Positions 27,161 through 37,548 are shown, counted from the stretch's first letter. The stretch is DNA of 64,000 bases from Candidatus Levyibacteriota bacterium (GCA_041906785.1 JAYRIM010000023.1:129985-193984), one strand, 5' to 3'. Translations and numbers: made by a program. Notes: a model not told the origin generated them from the sequence alone.

Positions 27161-27226
27161 TTTAGCGACTAGATAATTAGCGTTTAGAAATCAATACTAA
27201 ACGCTAGATGCTAATCCCTAAGCGCT
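27161..27226. repeat. about 65-nt intergenic repeat element, copy B (inverted relative to copy A at 14041-14110)
   Basis: tttagcgactagataattagcgtttagaaatcaatactaaacgctagatgctaatccctaagcgct. It contains the 10-bp hairpin tagcgtttag/ctaaacgcta, and its last 16 nt overlap the 3' end of rplV. Confidence 0.65.
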
Positions 27227-27606
27227 TTTTTATCCTCCTTTGCCTCTACTGTTTTCTCTTTTTTTACTTCTTGTTTCATTTCTTCTAAAATCACTCGAAT
27301 ATGACTACTGCGTTTTTTATATGGATGAATTCTCCCTCGTGTTGAAGGATGAAATCGTTTAAACGCCTGACCTTCTGCTACCTCGATATTCGCGATTTGT
27401 AGTTTTGATCTTTCAATCTTAGCATTATTAAGTGCATTTGCTAACGCGCTCTCCATTGTTTTTGCTATAGCCGAAGCAGCTCGTTTTCTCATGAAGCGAA
27501 GTGAAACGAGTGCATTCTCCAATGGTAGATCTCGTACTGCATCTGCTACGAGTCTAACTTTTCTTGGACTTATTCGAACATTTCTACTGATTGCTTGAGC
27601 TTGCAT
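27211..27606 (-). CDS. rplV: 50S ribosomal protein L22
   Basis: 131 aa; conserved L22 sequence. Confidence 0.9.
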   Translation of the reverse strand: MQAQAISRNVRISPRKVRLVADAVRDLPLENALVSLRFMRKRAASAIAKTMESALANALNNAKIERSKLQIANIEVAEGQAFKRFHPSTRGRIHPYKKRSSHIRVILEEMKQEVKKEKTVEAKEDKKALRD

Positions 27607-27621
27607 ATATATTTCCTTTCA

Positions 27622-27906
27622 TTATGTCTTACTAATCTCACGTGCTACGACACGTCCATGACTTCTAAACGTTCTGGTAGGCGAGAACTCTCCTAGGCGT
27701 CGTCCGACCATACCTTCCTGCACTGATACATTAATAAACACTCGTCCATTATGTACAGCAAAGGTATGACCGACAAACTCTGGTGGAATCTGGCATGCTC
27801 GACTCCACGTTTTAATAGCCGTTTTATCACCGGATTGTTTTTGCTGCATTACTTTTTTCAGCAATTTCTCGTCTATAAATGGTCCTTTTTTACTTGATCG
27901 TGCCAT
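27622..27906 (-). CDS. rpsS: 30S ribosomal protein S19
   Basis: 94 aa; conserved S19 sequence ([14 protein letters not shown]...TWSR). Confidence 0.9.
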   Translation of the reverse strand: MARSSKKGPFIDEKLLKKVMQQKQSGDKTAIKTWSRACQIPPEFVGHTFAVHNGRVFINVSVQEGMVGRRLGEFSPTRTFRSHGRVVAREISKT

Positions 27907-27922
27907 AGTGCGTTATTATACC

Positions 27923-28678
27923 TTATTTCCTTCTTTGAAGGATAAATTTATCAGAATATTTATTCTTTCTTCTTGTTTTCCCGACAGCCACTCTTCCTGC
28001 ATAATTCTTTGGTGAAGTCATACCAATACCTGATCTACCTTCTCCTCCTCCATGAGGATGTGATCGGGGGTTTTGTGCAACTCCACGTACTGTTGGACGA
28101 ATTCCCATATGTCGTGATCGTCCAGCTTTCCCTATAACTTCGTCCTTCCACTCGATATTGCCCAGCTGTCCAATTGTAGCATATCCCGTTGCAGGCACCC
28201 GTCGAAGTTCACCAGAAGGCAGCTTAATATGCACATGTTCACCTTCTCTAGCTGAGACTACTGCGCTTGTTCCTGCACTTCGTGCCATTTGTCCTCCCCG
28301 CCCAGGGTGTAATTCTACATTATGAATTACAGTTCCTACAGGAATATTACCTATAGGTAATGCATTTCCAATTTTTAATTCAACATCTGGACCTGCAGCG
28401 ACACTTTGAGAAACAGTAATGGTGTTAGGCGCTAAAATATAACGACGTTCACCATCAGCATATTGAATAAGCGCTATATCGACTGAACGATTTGGATCAT
28501 ACTCAATCGCTACCACTTTCCCAGCTATTCCCACCTTATCACGCTTAAAATCTATGTCGCGATAATATCGTTTATGCTCTCCACCTTTATGGCGGACAAC
28601 AACTTGTCCATGTGCTCCTCTTCCTGTTGTCTTTTTTCGTATGTGTTTTAACTGTTTCATATTATTCAGAAAGTTCAA
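27923..28678 (-). CDS. rplB: 50S ribosomal protein L2
   Basis: 251 aa; conserved L2 sequence ending ...[20 protein letters not shown]. Confidence 0.9.
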   Translation of the reverse strand: MNFLNNMKQLKHIRKKTTGRGAHGQVVVRHKGGEHKRYYRDIDFKRDKVGIAGKVVAIEYDPNRSVDIALIQYADGERRYILAPNTITVSQSVAAGPDVELKIGNALPIGNIPVGTVIHNVELHPGRGGQMARSAGTSAVVSAREGEHVHIKLPSGELRRVPATGYATIGQLGNIEWKDEVIGKAGRSRHMGIRPTVRGVAQNPRSHPHGGGEGRSGIGMTSPKNYAGRVAVGKTRRKNKYSDKFILQRRK

Positions 28679-28949
28679 ATAAACTTATTTTCTGTCCTGG
28701 TTTTACGAATACGACAGCTTTCTTCATGGATGTTTCTTTTTTCTCTGTTCGGCGAACGCCTATTCTCTTCGTTTTTCCCTTAATATACGTTGTCAAAACA
28801 CCAGTTACATCAACATTAAATGCATCCTTTACAGCTTGTTTAATAACATCCTTATTAGCTGATCTGTCTACGATAAATGTATATTTACCAGCAGCAGCTA
28901 AAGCCATGGAACGTTCAGTTATTACTGGTTTTAGGATAATACGTTTCAT
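28662..28949 (-). CDS. rplW: 50S ribosomal protein L23
   Basis: 95 aa; conserved L23 sequence. Confidence 0.9.
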   Translation of the reverse strand: MKRIILKPVITERSMALAAAGKYTFIVDRSANKDVIKQAVKDAFNVDVTGVLTTYIKGKTKRIGVRRTEKKETSMKKAVVFVKPGQKISLFELSE

Positions 28950-28950
28950 A

Positions 28951-29721
28951 TTATTTACCTGTGTCCTTTCCTAGTACTTCAATAGCATTCTTCATGAAAA
29001 TAACAGCATCGTGTTCCATAACTTCGTATGTATGCAATTGCTTAGCGTATTCATATGTAACTCCATTAATATTCCTGACTGATCGAATGACGTTATCATT
29101 CTTTGTATCTAAAATAAATAATATTTTTTTGCTTTTTGGATCCTGAATTTTTGCAAATAAGGTCGCCATTACTTTTGTTTTTGGTTCAATATTTTCTAGA
29201 CCATTCACGATCTTTACTTTTCCGCTTCTTACTTTTTCACTTAATGCAGCGTATAATGCTGCTTTTTTCATTTTTTTTGGCATTTCAAGGCTAAAATCTC
29301 TTGGCTTTGGCCCATGCGCAATTCCTCCATGAACGAAAATTGGTGCCCGGATTCCACCATGTCGAGCACGTCCAGTTCCTTTTTGTCGATAAATTTTCTT
29401 TGATGAACCTTCTACTTCACCTCGGGATTTCGTCGACGCTGATCCTGCACGTTGATTTGCTAAATACACACGAACTGCTTGAGCAATCAAACGTGGATTA
29501 CTTTTTACACCGAATATTTGTTCTGGTAATGCAATCGTATCAACTACTTTTCCAGCTACATCATAAACGTCAGCATGCAAAACACTCGTTTTTTTAATAG
29601 GTTTTGCTATTTTAGTAGGTTTCAGATCTGCAACCAAATCTACTCCCTCAGCCTTCACCTTCTTTGTTTTTGCGGTTAAACTTTTGACTTTTGACTTTTG
29701 ACTTTTGACTTTTTCTTCCAT
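28951..29721 (-). CDS. rplD: 50S ribosomal protein L4 with a Lys-rich N-terminal extension
   Basis: 256 aa. The KSQKSKVKS N-terminus is encoded by ttttgac tandem repeats at 29676-29715. Confidence 0.9.
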   Translation of the reverse strand: MEEKVKSQKSKVKSLTAKTKKVKAEGVDLVADLKPTKIAKPIKKTSVLHADVYDVAGKVVDTIALPEQIFGVKSNPRLIAQAVRVYLANQRAGSASTKSRGEVEGSSKKIYRQKGTGRARHGGIRAPIFVHGGIAHGPKPRDFSLEMPKKMKKAALYAALSEKVRSGKVKIVNGLENIEPKTKVMATLFAKIQDPKSKKILFILDTKNDNVIRSVRNINGVTYEYAKQLHTYEVMEHDAVIFMKNAIEVLGKDTGK

Positions 29722-29722
29722 A

Positions 29723-30559
29723 TTACTTTTCTCCTTCCGTTAATCCTGCTTTTTCTTCTCTGTTTGTTTCAGATTCTTTAGTCTCTTCTTCTTTACCTTC
29801 TTCAACCGATGGCTCTTCTGCTACTGGTTCACTAACTACAACTGTTTCTTCCACCTTTTCTGTAACAATTTCTTCCTCGGTTAATAATGGTATAAACTTT
29901 CTTTCAGGAAGTTCTCCAGTTTTTTCAATTCTTACAATAGTATTTACTCCACCCGGAATAAGTCCTTTAACTAGTACCTTCTTTACCCCATCTGCTGTCT
30001 GTACAGCAACAATCTCTAGATTTGTTACTGTAACCTGCTCATTACCCATTCTTCCTGCCATTCTTTTCCCTCTATATACTCTTCCTGGTGTGGTAGTTTG
30101 CCCAATAGAACCTGGAGCTCTCTCTCTGTCTGATTGGCCATGTGTTCGAGGTCCACCACGAAAATTATGCCTTTTTACAACACCAGCAAAGCCTTTTCCT
30201 TTCGATAGACCAGTCACTTTCACGATATCTCCAGCTTTTAAAACTGTATCGACATCAATAATATTTCCTACAGATGGAGCAGTCGCATCAGACGCCATAC
30301 GGACTTCACGAATTTGATACGGGGGAGTCTGTAGCCCAGCTTTTTTAGCCATTCCCTGAAGTAACTTGCCTGATTTCTTACGTACTCCAAACCCAACTTC
30401 AACTGCAGTATAGCCATGCTTTTCCTGTGTTTTTAAGCCTACAACTGCATTATCTGTTACTGTCACAACAGAAACCGGAATGCGAGTTCCGTCTGTTAAA
30501 AAAGCTTGTGTTTGTTTTATTTTTCTTCCAAATATAGCGTTCATAGTTACTTTCCCCAA
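29723..30559 (-). CDS. rplC: 50S ribosomal protein L3 with an acidic C-terminal extension of about 70 aa
   Basis: 278 aa; L3 core plus an EEEIVTEKVEETVVVSEPVAEEPSVEEGKEEETKESE tail. Confidence 0.9.
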   Translation of the reverse strand: MGKVTMNAIFGRKIKQTQAFLTDGTRIPVSVVTVTDNAVVGLKTQEKHGYTAVEVGFGVRKKSGKLLQGMAKKAGLQTPPYQIREVRMASDATAPSVGNIIDVDTVLKAGDIVKVTGLSKGKGFAGVVKRHNFRGGPRTHGQSDRERAPGSIGQTTTPGRVYRGKRMAGRMGNEQVTVTNLEIVAVQTADGVKKVLVKGLIPGGVNTIVRIEKTGELPERKFIPLLTEEEIVTEKVEETVVVSEPVAEEPSVEEGKEEETKESETNREEKAGLTEGEK

Positions 30560-30790
30560 TCATAGTTTATGACATAAAAAAAGATAGCCCATTCGGCTAC
30601 CTTCCTAGTAATGTTACTACTTATGAACCCGAATTTAGGCTGTTTTCAACCTCCTAATTAAAGAAATGTTGGGCATTAAAGTTTTAAACATGTAAGTTTT
30701 ACGTGTTACAAAAACTATCTTACTGTTTTTTATTCGTCGTACTTAGTATGTGAGAAATAAGCTTTCTCAACATCCGAACTACTACGGAAA

Positions 30791-31099
30791 TTACATTTTA
30801 ATTTCTACATCGACTCCTGCAGGCAGCTCAAGGTGTGTTAAGCTATCAATTGTTTTGTCTGTTGGTGAAACAATATCAATTAATCGTTTATGTACACGAA
30901 TTTCGAAGTGATCGCGTGCATCTTTATCTATAAAAGGAGACCTGTTAACAGCATAAACACTCCGATCTGTAGGCAATGGTATCGGTCCAACTATTTTCGC
31001 TCCAGTACGAATCGCAGTATCAAGAATCTGCTGGCAGCAAGCATCAAGAACTCGTGAATCGTAACTTTTTAATCTAACTCTAATTTTTCCTTTCGGCAT
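30791..31099 (-). CDS. rpsJ: 30S ribosomal protein S10
   Basis: 102 aa; [14 protein letters not shown] start, as in S10. Confidence 0.9.
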   Translation of the reverse strand: MPKGKIRVRLKSYDSRVLDACCQQILDTAIRTGAKIVGPIPLPTDRSVYAVNRSPFIDKDARDHFEIRVHKRLIDIVSPTDKTIDSLTHLELPAGVDVEIKM

Positions 31100-31143
31100 A
31101 GTGATATTGTTTTAATTCCAACAAACTGTTAAAGAGCACATTC

Positions 31144-31170
31144 CATTAAAAAATAGGCCCTGAGGCCTAT
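31144..31170 (-). terminator. intrinsic terminator downstream of tuf
   Basis: On the minus strand: stem ataggcc / ggcctat with loop tcag, followed by UUUUUAA (aaataggcctcagggcctatttttta). Confidence 0.6.
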
Positions 31171-31179
31171 TTATGTTTA

Positions 31180-32361
31180 TTAAGCAATAATCTTTGTGAT
31201 AACACCTGCTCCGACAGTTTTACCACCTTCGCGGATAGCGAAGCGTTGTCCCTCTTCAAGAGCAACTGGTACGATAAGCTTTACTTTCATCTTACTGTTG
31301 TCGCCTGGAATTACCATTTCAACGCCTTCTGGTAACTCAACAGCTCCGGTAACGTCAGTTGTTCTGATATAGAATTGAGGTCGGTATCCTTTAAAGAAAG
31401 GCGTATGACGTCCACCTTCTTCTTTCGTTAAGATATATGCTTCTGCGTCAAACTCTGTATGAGGAGTAATTGAACCTGGTTTTGCGAGAACTTGTCCTCG
31501 TTCTACATCATCTTTTTCAACACCTCGGAGAAGAAGTCCGACGTTATCTCCAGCTTGACCTTCATCGAGTTGCTTTCTAAACATTTCAACTCCAGTTACT
31601 ACAGTATTCTTTGTTGGACGAAGACCGATAATTTCAACTGTATCGTTAACTTTTACGATTCCACGGTCAATTCTTCCTGTTACGACTGTTCCTCGACCTT
31701 TGATCGAAAAAACATCTTCAATTGCCATTAAGAATGGTTTATCTACTGGTCGTTCTGGTGTAGGGATATAATTATCTACTGCTTCCATTAATTCTAAGAT
31801 TTTCTTTTCATATTCAGCATCACCTTCTAATGCCTTTAACGATGAACCCCGAATTATTGGTACTTGGTCACCTGGATATTTATATTTCGTAAGTAATTCT
31901 CTGACTTCCATCTCTACGAGGTCAAGAAGCTCCGCATCCTGAACCATATCACATTTATTAAGATAAACTACTATTGCTGGGACTCCTACTTGGTATGCTA
32001 AAAGAATGTGTTCGCGGGTTTGAGGCATTGGTCCGTCTGGAGCAGAGACTACGAGGATTGCGCCATCCATTTGCGCAGCTCCGGTAATCATGTTCTTAAT
32101 GTAATCAGCATGACCTGGGGCGTCAATGTGTGCATAGTGTCTTTTTGCTGTTTCGTATTCGATGTGGGAAATATTAATGGTGACTCCACGTGCTTTTTCT
32201 TCTGGGGCATTATCTATATCTTCATACTTCTTTGCCTGCGCAAGACCCTGCTTTGCAAGAACTGTAGCAATTGCTGCTGTCGTTGTAGTTTTACCATGGT
32301 CTACATGACCGATGGTTCCGATATTTACGTGTGGTTTTGTTCTTTGAAATTTATCTGCCAT
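31180..32361 (-). CDS. tuf: elongation factor Tu
   Basis: 393 aa; [17 protein letters not shown] and NKCD GTPase motifs. Confidence 0.95.
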   Translation of the reverse strand: MADKFQRTKPHVNIGTIGHVDHGKTTTTAAIATVLAKQGLAQAKKYEDIDNAPEEKARGVTINISHIEYETAKRHYAHIDAPGHADYIKNMITGAAQMDGAILVVSAPDGPMPQTREHILLAYQVGVPAIVVYLNKCDMVQDAELLDLVEMEVRELLTKYKYPGDQVPIIRGSSLKALEGDAEYEKKILELMEAVDNYIPTPERPVDKPFLMAIEDVFSIKGRGTVVTGRIDRGIVKVNDTVEIIGLRPTKNTVVTGVEMFRKQLDEGQAGDNVGLLLRGVEKDDVERGQVLAKPGSITPHTEFDAEAYILTKEEGGRHTPFFKGYRPQFYIRTTDVTGAVELPEGVEMVIPGDNSKMKVKLIVPVALEEGQRFAIREGGKTVGAGVITKIIA

Positions 32362-32562
32362 AGTATTAATGTCTCTGTTAAGACAAAATAAAACTCATTT
32401 TTTAAAATGAGATATTGTGTATATTACACTACTTTTTTTTATTCGTCAATACCCTTGTAATATTTCTTCAATAAATAATTAAGAGTCGTGTAATAATCTT
32501 CTGAATAACACAATATATAAGTATTGTACTACACTCGTAACAGCCTTGCAATATGCAGTTTA

Positions 32563-33222
32563 TTATACCCTATCTGGTAATTCACCAAAGTTATTAAGAA
32601 TATATTTTTCTTCTAGACCATTCTGAATAAATTGCTCTTTTGTTGTGAATCCTGAGGTAACAGCATAAAATAAAATACCCCTGTTTTTTGCGGCGGCGTA
32701 ATCTATAAGGCTATCACCTACATAGAGAACGTCCTCCTTTACAATTTTCATTTGTTGCAAGATTTCTAAAGCCTTATCGAAGACTCTCGGATCTGGTTTA
32801 TGAAATGGTGTATCGTCACCGCTAAAAAAGAAGGTATATGTGTCTTCAGGAAGTTGAAAATATTTTCTCAATGTATCGTGCATGCCTTTTTTTGGACCTG
32901 TACTTATAACACCGAGAATATACCCATTCTTTTTTAATCTACGTATCGTTCTTTCAGTATAGGGAAAAGGTTTTATAGCAAAATCTACTTTTTTAACATA
33001 TCCCCAAAACTTTTCTTCAAGAACAGGTAGTTCTAAAGTTGGCCAAAGTCCCTGGAGTAGCTGTGACATGGTTTTCCCCCAATATAAACGTATAGTATTC
33101 ATAGTTGGAGCCTCCAAGTTTTCAGACGCAGAAAAAGATTTATAAAAGTCGAAAACAGAAGAGAATGTAGCTACTTTTGTATCATCCCAATCCGAAATAA
33201 TAGCTTTAATGTTTCTATTCAC
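32563..33222 (-). CDS. HAD-superfamily hydrolase
   Basis: 219 aa; HAD-like core with the motif-IV region VGDSLID. Confidence 0.6.
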   Translation of the reverse strand: MNRNIKAIISDWDDTKVATFSSVFDFYKSFSASENLEAPTMNTIRLYWGKTMSQLLQGLWPTLELPVLEEKFWGYVKKVDFAIKPFPYTERTIRRLKKNGYILGVISTGPKKGMHDTLRKYFQLPEDTYTFFFSGDDTPFHKPDPRVFDKALEILQQMKIVKEDVLYVGDSLIDYAAAKNRGILFYAVTSGFTTKEQFIQNGLEEKYILNNFGELPDRV

Positions 33223-33650
33223 AGCTTCTTATTTTTTTCAATATACTCTTTCGCTTTTAGTAATGCAAAGGTTCTGACATCTGTATTTGCAAGTTTAATC
33301 GCCTGATCAATATCTATCCACTCAAGTCGTGAATCAGGCTCACCTTCTTCTTTTATATGAGAAGGAACTTCTCCATCCCATTTCGTAATAAGAAATGTAA
33401 AGTATCGCGATCCTGTTTCTGAACGGATTGTGTTACCTGCATAGTGGTATTCAAGTATATTTATTTGATTACCCAGTTCTTCTTCCACTTCTCGTTTCAT
33501 GGCTATTTGCGCATATTTTTCATCAACAGCTTTATCAAAATGCTCTATACCTCCACCAGGAATATGCATCTCTTCTTTCTGGCCAAATGGCCGGAATTCG
33601 AGAAGTACCTTTTTTTGTTTAATAAATAAAAATACTACTGCTTCGCCCAT
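33219..33650 (-). CDS. NUDIX hydrolase
   Basis: Nudix box GGGIEHFDKAVDEKYAQIAMKREVEEELG. Confidence 0.8.
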   Translation of the reverse strand: MGEAVVFLFIKQKKVLLEFRPFGQKEEMHIPGGGIEHFDKAVDEKYAQIAMKREVEEELGNQINILEYHYAGNTIRSETGSRYFTFLITKWDGEVPSHIKEEGEPDSRLEWIDIDQAIKLANTDVRTFALLKAKEYIEKNKKL

Positions 33651-34207
33651 AAGTGTGTTTGAATAGTTAGATCAGAAATTGTTGCAGAATCAAAAATTTT
33701 TGTAAGGAAATTACCTGTACGTGGTCTTCGACTATATAACCAATGTTGTGCTGTAGCATGCAACCTTTTTTCTCTTTTTTCTCCTTCTTCTTCACCTAAC
33801 CCGGGAATAATGTTTGTCTTATAGAGAGTCGTACATATTGCTGTTAATTGCCCATTATCTAAAATCATATATTCTTGGGCACGTTTAAAATCAGATAAAA
33901 GTATCGCCCGTGCATCGCCTTCGTCTACTTGAGGTATATCCCATCTATCCCTTGCCATATGAGCAGCGTTCGCTGCTTTACTTAACTTTTTCAATTGTCT
34001 ATCGTCGTCGGAAATCGCTGTATACAAATCCATCGGATTATTTCCAACATATTTACATTCTCTTGCAATGTAAGCGGCCTGAGCTGTAACAGAAGCAGGA
34101 CATTGTATACTTGCCTCAGCAAAAATAGCCGCTGCAATTTGCGAAGTACTTTTTCCTTCAAATCTTCTTTTTGTCGTATTTCGTTCAATTTCAACTAACA
34201 TAAGCAA
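33635..34207 (-). CDS. hypothetical protein, co-operonic with the NUDIX gene (16-nt overlap)
   Basis: 190-aa ORF with no confident domain. Confidence 0.45.
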   Translation of the reverse strand: MLMLVEIERNTTKRRFEGKSTSQIAAAIFAEASIQCPASVTAQAAYIARECKYVGNNPMDLYTAISDDDRQLKKLSKAANAAHMARDRWDIPQVDEGDARAILLSDFKRAQEYMILDNGQLTAICTTLYKTNIIPGLGEEEGEKREKRLHATAQHWLYSRRPRTGNFLTKIFDSATISDLTIQTHLWAKQ

Positions 34208-34291
34208 AACCTATGTATTATACGGGATTTATGAAAAAAACGGCAATAGTTCACAGATCTATTCCCGAGTCTAGTTTGGAGATAGAGAAGA

Positions 34292-35266
34292 TTATCTAAC
34301 AACTGGTTCATCGATTGTAAATTTTAAGTTTATCGCATCCATAGTTGCTATAGCACCAATCGGAAGCAAAATGTTTTCGACTCGGTGACCAATCTCTCCA
34401 ACTTGCATGATTGGAAAATCATAGCCTTCTGTAACTTCAAGCAACATATCTTTCAAAGATCTCTCATCTCCGGGCTGTGTTGGATCGTCGCTTCCTAAAC
34501 AATATCCTACAATAATACCCGAAAGTCTCTTAAACTCTCCTCGTAATCTCATACTTATTAATCTATGATGTATTGCTTTTTTATGCATTCTATATCCTTC
34601 AAATACGAAAATATTTTGATCCAATGATGGATAATAATCTGTTCCAGATAGATAGGTAATACTACCTAAATTTCCCCCGATAATCCTTCCCTTAGCAGTT
34701 CCTGGTCTAATAGTTTGCCAACCATTATATGTTGTGGGCAAATCATCATAATTTTTCCATTTGGGATTTAAGGTAACTTCTTTCAAAGTTCCTTCAAACC
34801 ATGTTTTCTCTATCTGTTCATACGTATAATCCATAGGCAACCACCCGAACATAGTAAATTCAAGTCCTAGGAATGTTATCAAACCAGTTTTAACAAAGAT
34901 AGGGTTAAGAATAGTAGTGGCGTCTGAAATACCAGAAATTATTTTCGGATTTTTTCTTATAAGCTCATAATCTAGCTTATCGATTAAGTCAATCGCTGTG
35001 TTGCCTCCGACTGAAAAAAGTATACCTTTTATTGAAGGATCTTTAAGAAATTGATGGAAATCAGATAGTCTCTCTTGAACAGTTCCTGAGGAATAGTAAT
35101 ATCTTCCTAATGTATGAGAACCAAGAATTAACTCAAGGCCAGTTCTCTGGGAAAAAGAGGTTTTAGCTTTTTCAAATTTTTCCATCCGATTTTGTATAGA
35201 TTGAGAAGGGGAGATAATACCGACTTTATCGCCTTTTTTTAACCTCGGTGGGATGATAGTTTGCAT
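34292..35266 (-). CDS. S66 family LD-carboxypeptidase (LdcA/MccF-like)
   Basis: Ser nucleophile motif ISGISDATT and C-terminal His motif GEIGHRVENILLPIG. Confidence 0.65.
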   Translation of the reverse strand: MQTIIPPRLKKGDKVGIISPSQSIQNRMEKFEKAKTSFSQRTGLELILGSHTLGRYYYSSGTVQERLSDFHQFLKDPSIKGILFSVGGNTAIDLIDKLDYELIRKNPKIISGISDATTILNPIFVKTGLITFLGLEFTMFGWLPMDYTYEQIEKTWFEGTLKEVTLNPKWKNYDDLPTTYNGWQTIRPGTAKGRIIGGNLGSITYLSGTDYYPSLDQNIFVFEGYRMHKKAIHHRLISMRLRGEFKRLSGIIVGYCLGSDDPTQPGDERSLKDMLLEVTEGYDFPIMQVGEIGHRVENILLPIGAIATMDAINLKFTIDEPVVR

Positions 35267-35286
35267 GGGTAGATTATAACAGACCT

Positions 35287-35796
35287 TTATGGAAGGTAGT
35301 GAAAAGATTGGGCGATTTCATTTAGACTCTCTAAGAGTAAATCTGAAGAGGTAGAAAAGGAATACACATATCCATTATCTGTGTAAATAAAGTAATATTG
35401 CTCATTACCCATTTGTCCTTTTACAGCAGAAAATCCGTTGATCGTGAGTCTATTTTTTTTAGTTAAAGAGAAAAGATTTTCATCAGTCATTTCTTGCATA
35501 AATTCGTCAATACTTTCGGCATTTATCTGCCTTCGCTTGATAAATATATCTCCATTCTGGTGATGTAATGTTAAAGAATTTTCATCTTCTAAAATTTGGA
35601 AAACATTACTGACATTAATTTTTATATGCATATCTTTTGATTCATATGTTCGCATCATTTCCTGAAATCTCGGGGCTTGAATCGTACGTAATGAGTTTTT
35701 TGTATCAAAATAAAGAAATAGTAGGACAAACAAACCAACTACTAGCACGATTGCATTAGTAAGAAAATCTTTTGTTGTTCGCCCATGAAATACCAT
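35287..35796 (-). CDS. hypothetical membrane-anchored protein
   Basis: 169 aa with an N-terminal TM helix. Confidence 0.45.
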   Translation of the reverse strand: MVFHGRTTKDFLTNAIVLVVGLFVLLFLYFDTKNSLRTIQAPRFQEMMRTYESKDMHIKINVSNVFQILEDENSLTLHHQNGDIFIKRRQINAESIDEFMQEMTDENLFSLTKKNRLTINGFSAVKGQMGNEQYYFIYTDNGYVYSFSTSSDLLLESLNEIAQSFHYLP

Positions 35797-35846
35797 ATCT
35801 TAAGATTAACGCGGATCAGGTATATTTGCAACAAACACGAAACGAA

Positions 35847-36914
35847 TCAGAAGTATGAATATGCCCAATAGCTGAAATTGTTTATGCCTCTTTTTTTTAG
35901 ATAATCACGCTTTGTAGAAACAGACTCTGTATCCTCAAACCATACTCTATGCTTCGTTCCGCTTTCGATATAATCAATTCTAGTCTCTTTTGATAAAGGA
36001 TCCCTATATATATTACATGAGAGTTTCTTACAGAAAGCGATAATTGTTGTCTGAATTTCATTAAAGCTAAGTGGTTTGCCAATTTTTTGAGAAATATTCT
36101 TTCCATCCACTTCCCAATCATAACCAAATAACCCAAAGACAATGGTAATATTTTCTGCACGAACATCCTCTAAAAGTTTATCGATTAGTAATGAATAATC
36201 ATATCCATATTCTTTATTACCAGAAAGAGGAAAATTCGGTCCGGGATTTCCACCTGCCTTATGTAGGTCATATGCCATAATAAAAATTTGATCGACATAT
36301 TTCCCTAATGTTTGTAATTCAAATGGTCGAACTCGATAATAGGTATCGCCATAGAGTGTCATCGAAAAAGAAATTTTTTCTTTTTTCGAAGCTGCTGAAA
36401 AATCTTTAGTAAAAGAATTTATCTGTTTAATAAGTGACTCAAATGGAAGTGCCGAGAGTTCAAGATCGAGAATAACCCCTTCAAAATTATATTCTTTCAC
36501 TACCTGTAATACTTCTGAAATAATGGTTGCTTGTTTTTTATGATCTTTTAAAATTTTGAAATTATCTTGGGAATCAAGCATGCGTACAGTTAGGTATGTT
36601 TGCTTTCCACTAAATGCATTTTTAAACTGTTCGAGTCGGAGATACCCTGCATCTTTTTTATTAATATGTTCTACCGTTGGGGTTATACCAAAGTAAATAT
36701 ACGTATCATACATAGATATATCTGTAACATCTTTAGGGATATTCCAATAGGGTATAAAGATAGATGTTTGTTCTTTTATATCAATATGTTCTAATGTAAC
36801 AGTTGGTTGAACATTACCTTTATTCCATTGCTGCTTTTTTTCAGTTAAAAAAGTATTTCGCATTAAGAAAGCAAAGACGATCAATAAAAATGAGAAGACA
36901 ATTGCTTTTCTCAT
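35847..36914 (-). CDS. GH18-like (chitinase/YaaH-like) domain protein with a signal anchor
   Basis: Motifs FEGVILDLE (a degenerate DGxDxDWE) and IMAYDLHK (GH18 MxYD). Confidence 0.45.
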   Translation of the reverse strand: MRKAIVFSFLLIVFAFLMRNTFLTEKKQQWNKGNVQPTVTLEHIDIKEQTSIFIPYWNIPKDVTDISMYDTYIYFGITPTVEHINKKDAGYLRLEQFKNAFSGKQTYLTVRMLDSQDNFKILKDHKKQATIISEVLQVVKEYNFEGVILDLELSALPFESLIKQINSFTKDFSAASKKEKISFSMTLYGDTYYRVRPFELQTLGKYVDQIFIMAYDLHKAGGNPGPNFPLSGNKEYGYDYSLLIDKLLEDVRAENITIVFGLFGYDWEVDGKNISQKIGKPLSFNEIQTTIIAFCKKLSCNIYRDPLSKETRIDYIESGTKHRVWFEDTESVSTKRDYLKKRGINNFSYWAYSYF

Positions 36915-37087
36915 GGAGGTATTATAACCGGTATCGTTGGGGAATCAAAATAGATTATATAACTTCTTCAAACAATTTCTCATCTAGCTTTTTTATGTAT
37001 TCTCTTTCATCAGCAATATGTGTTTTTAGAGTTTTACCTTTTCTTGCAATGATTTCACAATACCGTCACGGACAAGTTTATTATATT

Positions 37088-37546
37088 TCATGAATGAGGT
37101 AATTTTTTATAATCTTCAATAATCCTCCTATGGTCAAAAGCAATATTGTCTGGTAAATTATCTAGTGAAAACCACCGAACTTCTTTCACTTCTACAGGAT
37201 TCAACACAAACATATAAGACAAGGGTTTTATGAGATAGACTATCGCTACATTTTGAATATTTCGATCATGATCTCTATCTGGATCAGAGTAGACACCAAA
37301 AAGCCCAATCACTTCCGTTTCAATACCAATTTCCTCTTTAACTTCTCTCATTATAGCCTGTTCTGTAGATTCATCCCAATCTACATATCCTCCCATAAAT
37401 GCCCATTTCCCTTTATCAGGTTCATGATTTCGTAGTTCAAGAAGCACTTTCCCGTCATGAACAATCAATGCATCTACAACTGCATGACGGTCATAATATC
37501 GTTGGCATGTTGGACATTTTTCCCCTTTTTTAATTTGTTGTTCCAT
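37088..37546 (-). CDS. NUDIX hydrolase with an N-terminal zinc ribbon
   Basis: CPTCQRYYDRH...C zinc ribbon and Nudix box GGYVDWDESTEQAIMREVKEEIGIE. Confidence 0.75.
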   Translation of the reverse strand: MEQQIKKGEKCPTCQRYYDRHAVVDALIVHDGKVLLELRNHEPDKGKWAFMGGYVDWDESTEQAIMREVKEEIGIETEVIGLFGVYSDPDRDHDRNIQNVAIVYLIKPLSYMFVLNPVEVKEVRWFSLDNLPDNIAFDHRRIIEDYKKLPHS

Positions 37547-37548
37547 AA

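Noticed and set aside
29676-29715. Tandem ttttgac x4 repeat, considered as a CRISPR-like or minisatellite feature.
   Set aside because: It lies inside rplD on the coding strand and encodes the KSQKSKVKS Lys-rich N-terminal extension of L4. There are no spacers and no arrayed structure. The similar ttttgacttttgac at 5900-5915 is a single intergenic duplication upstream of the FKBP gene.
31492-32391. Plus-strand ORFs 31492-31731 and 32008-32391 inside or across tuf.
   Set aside because: They are antisense to EF-Tu. The translations are Cys/Phe-rich low-complexity sequence with no RBS.
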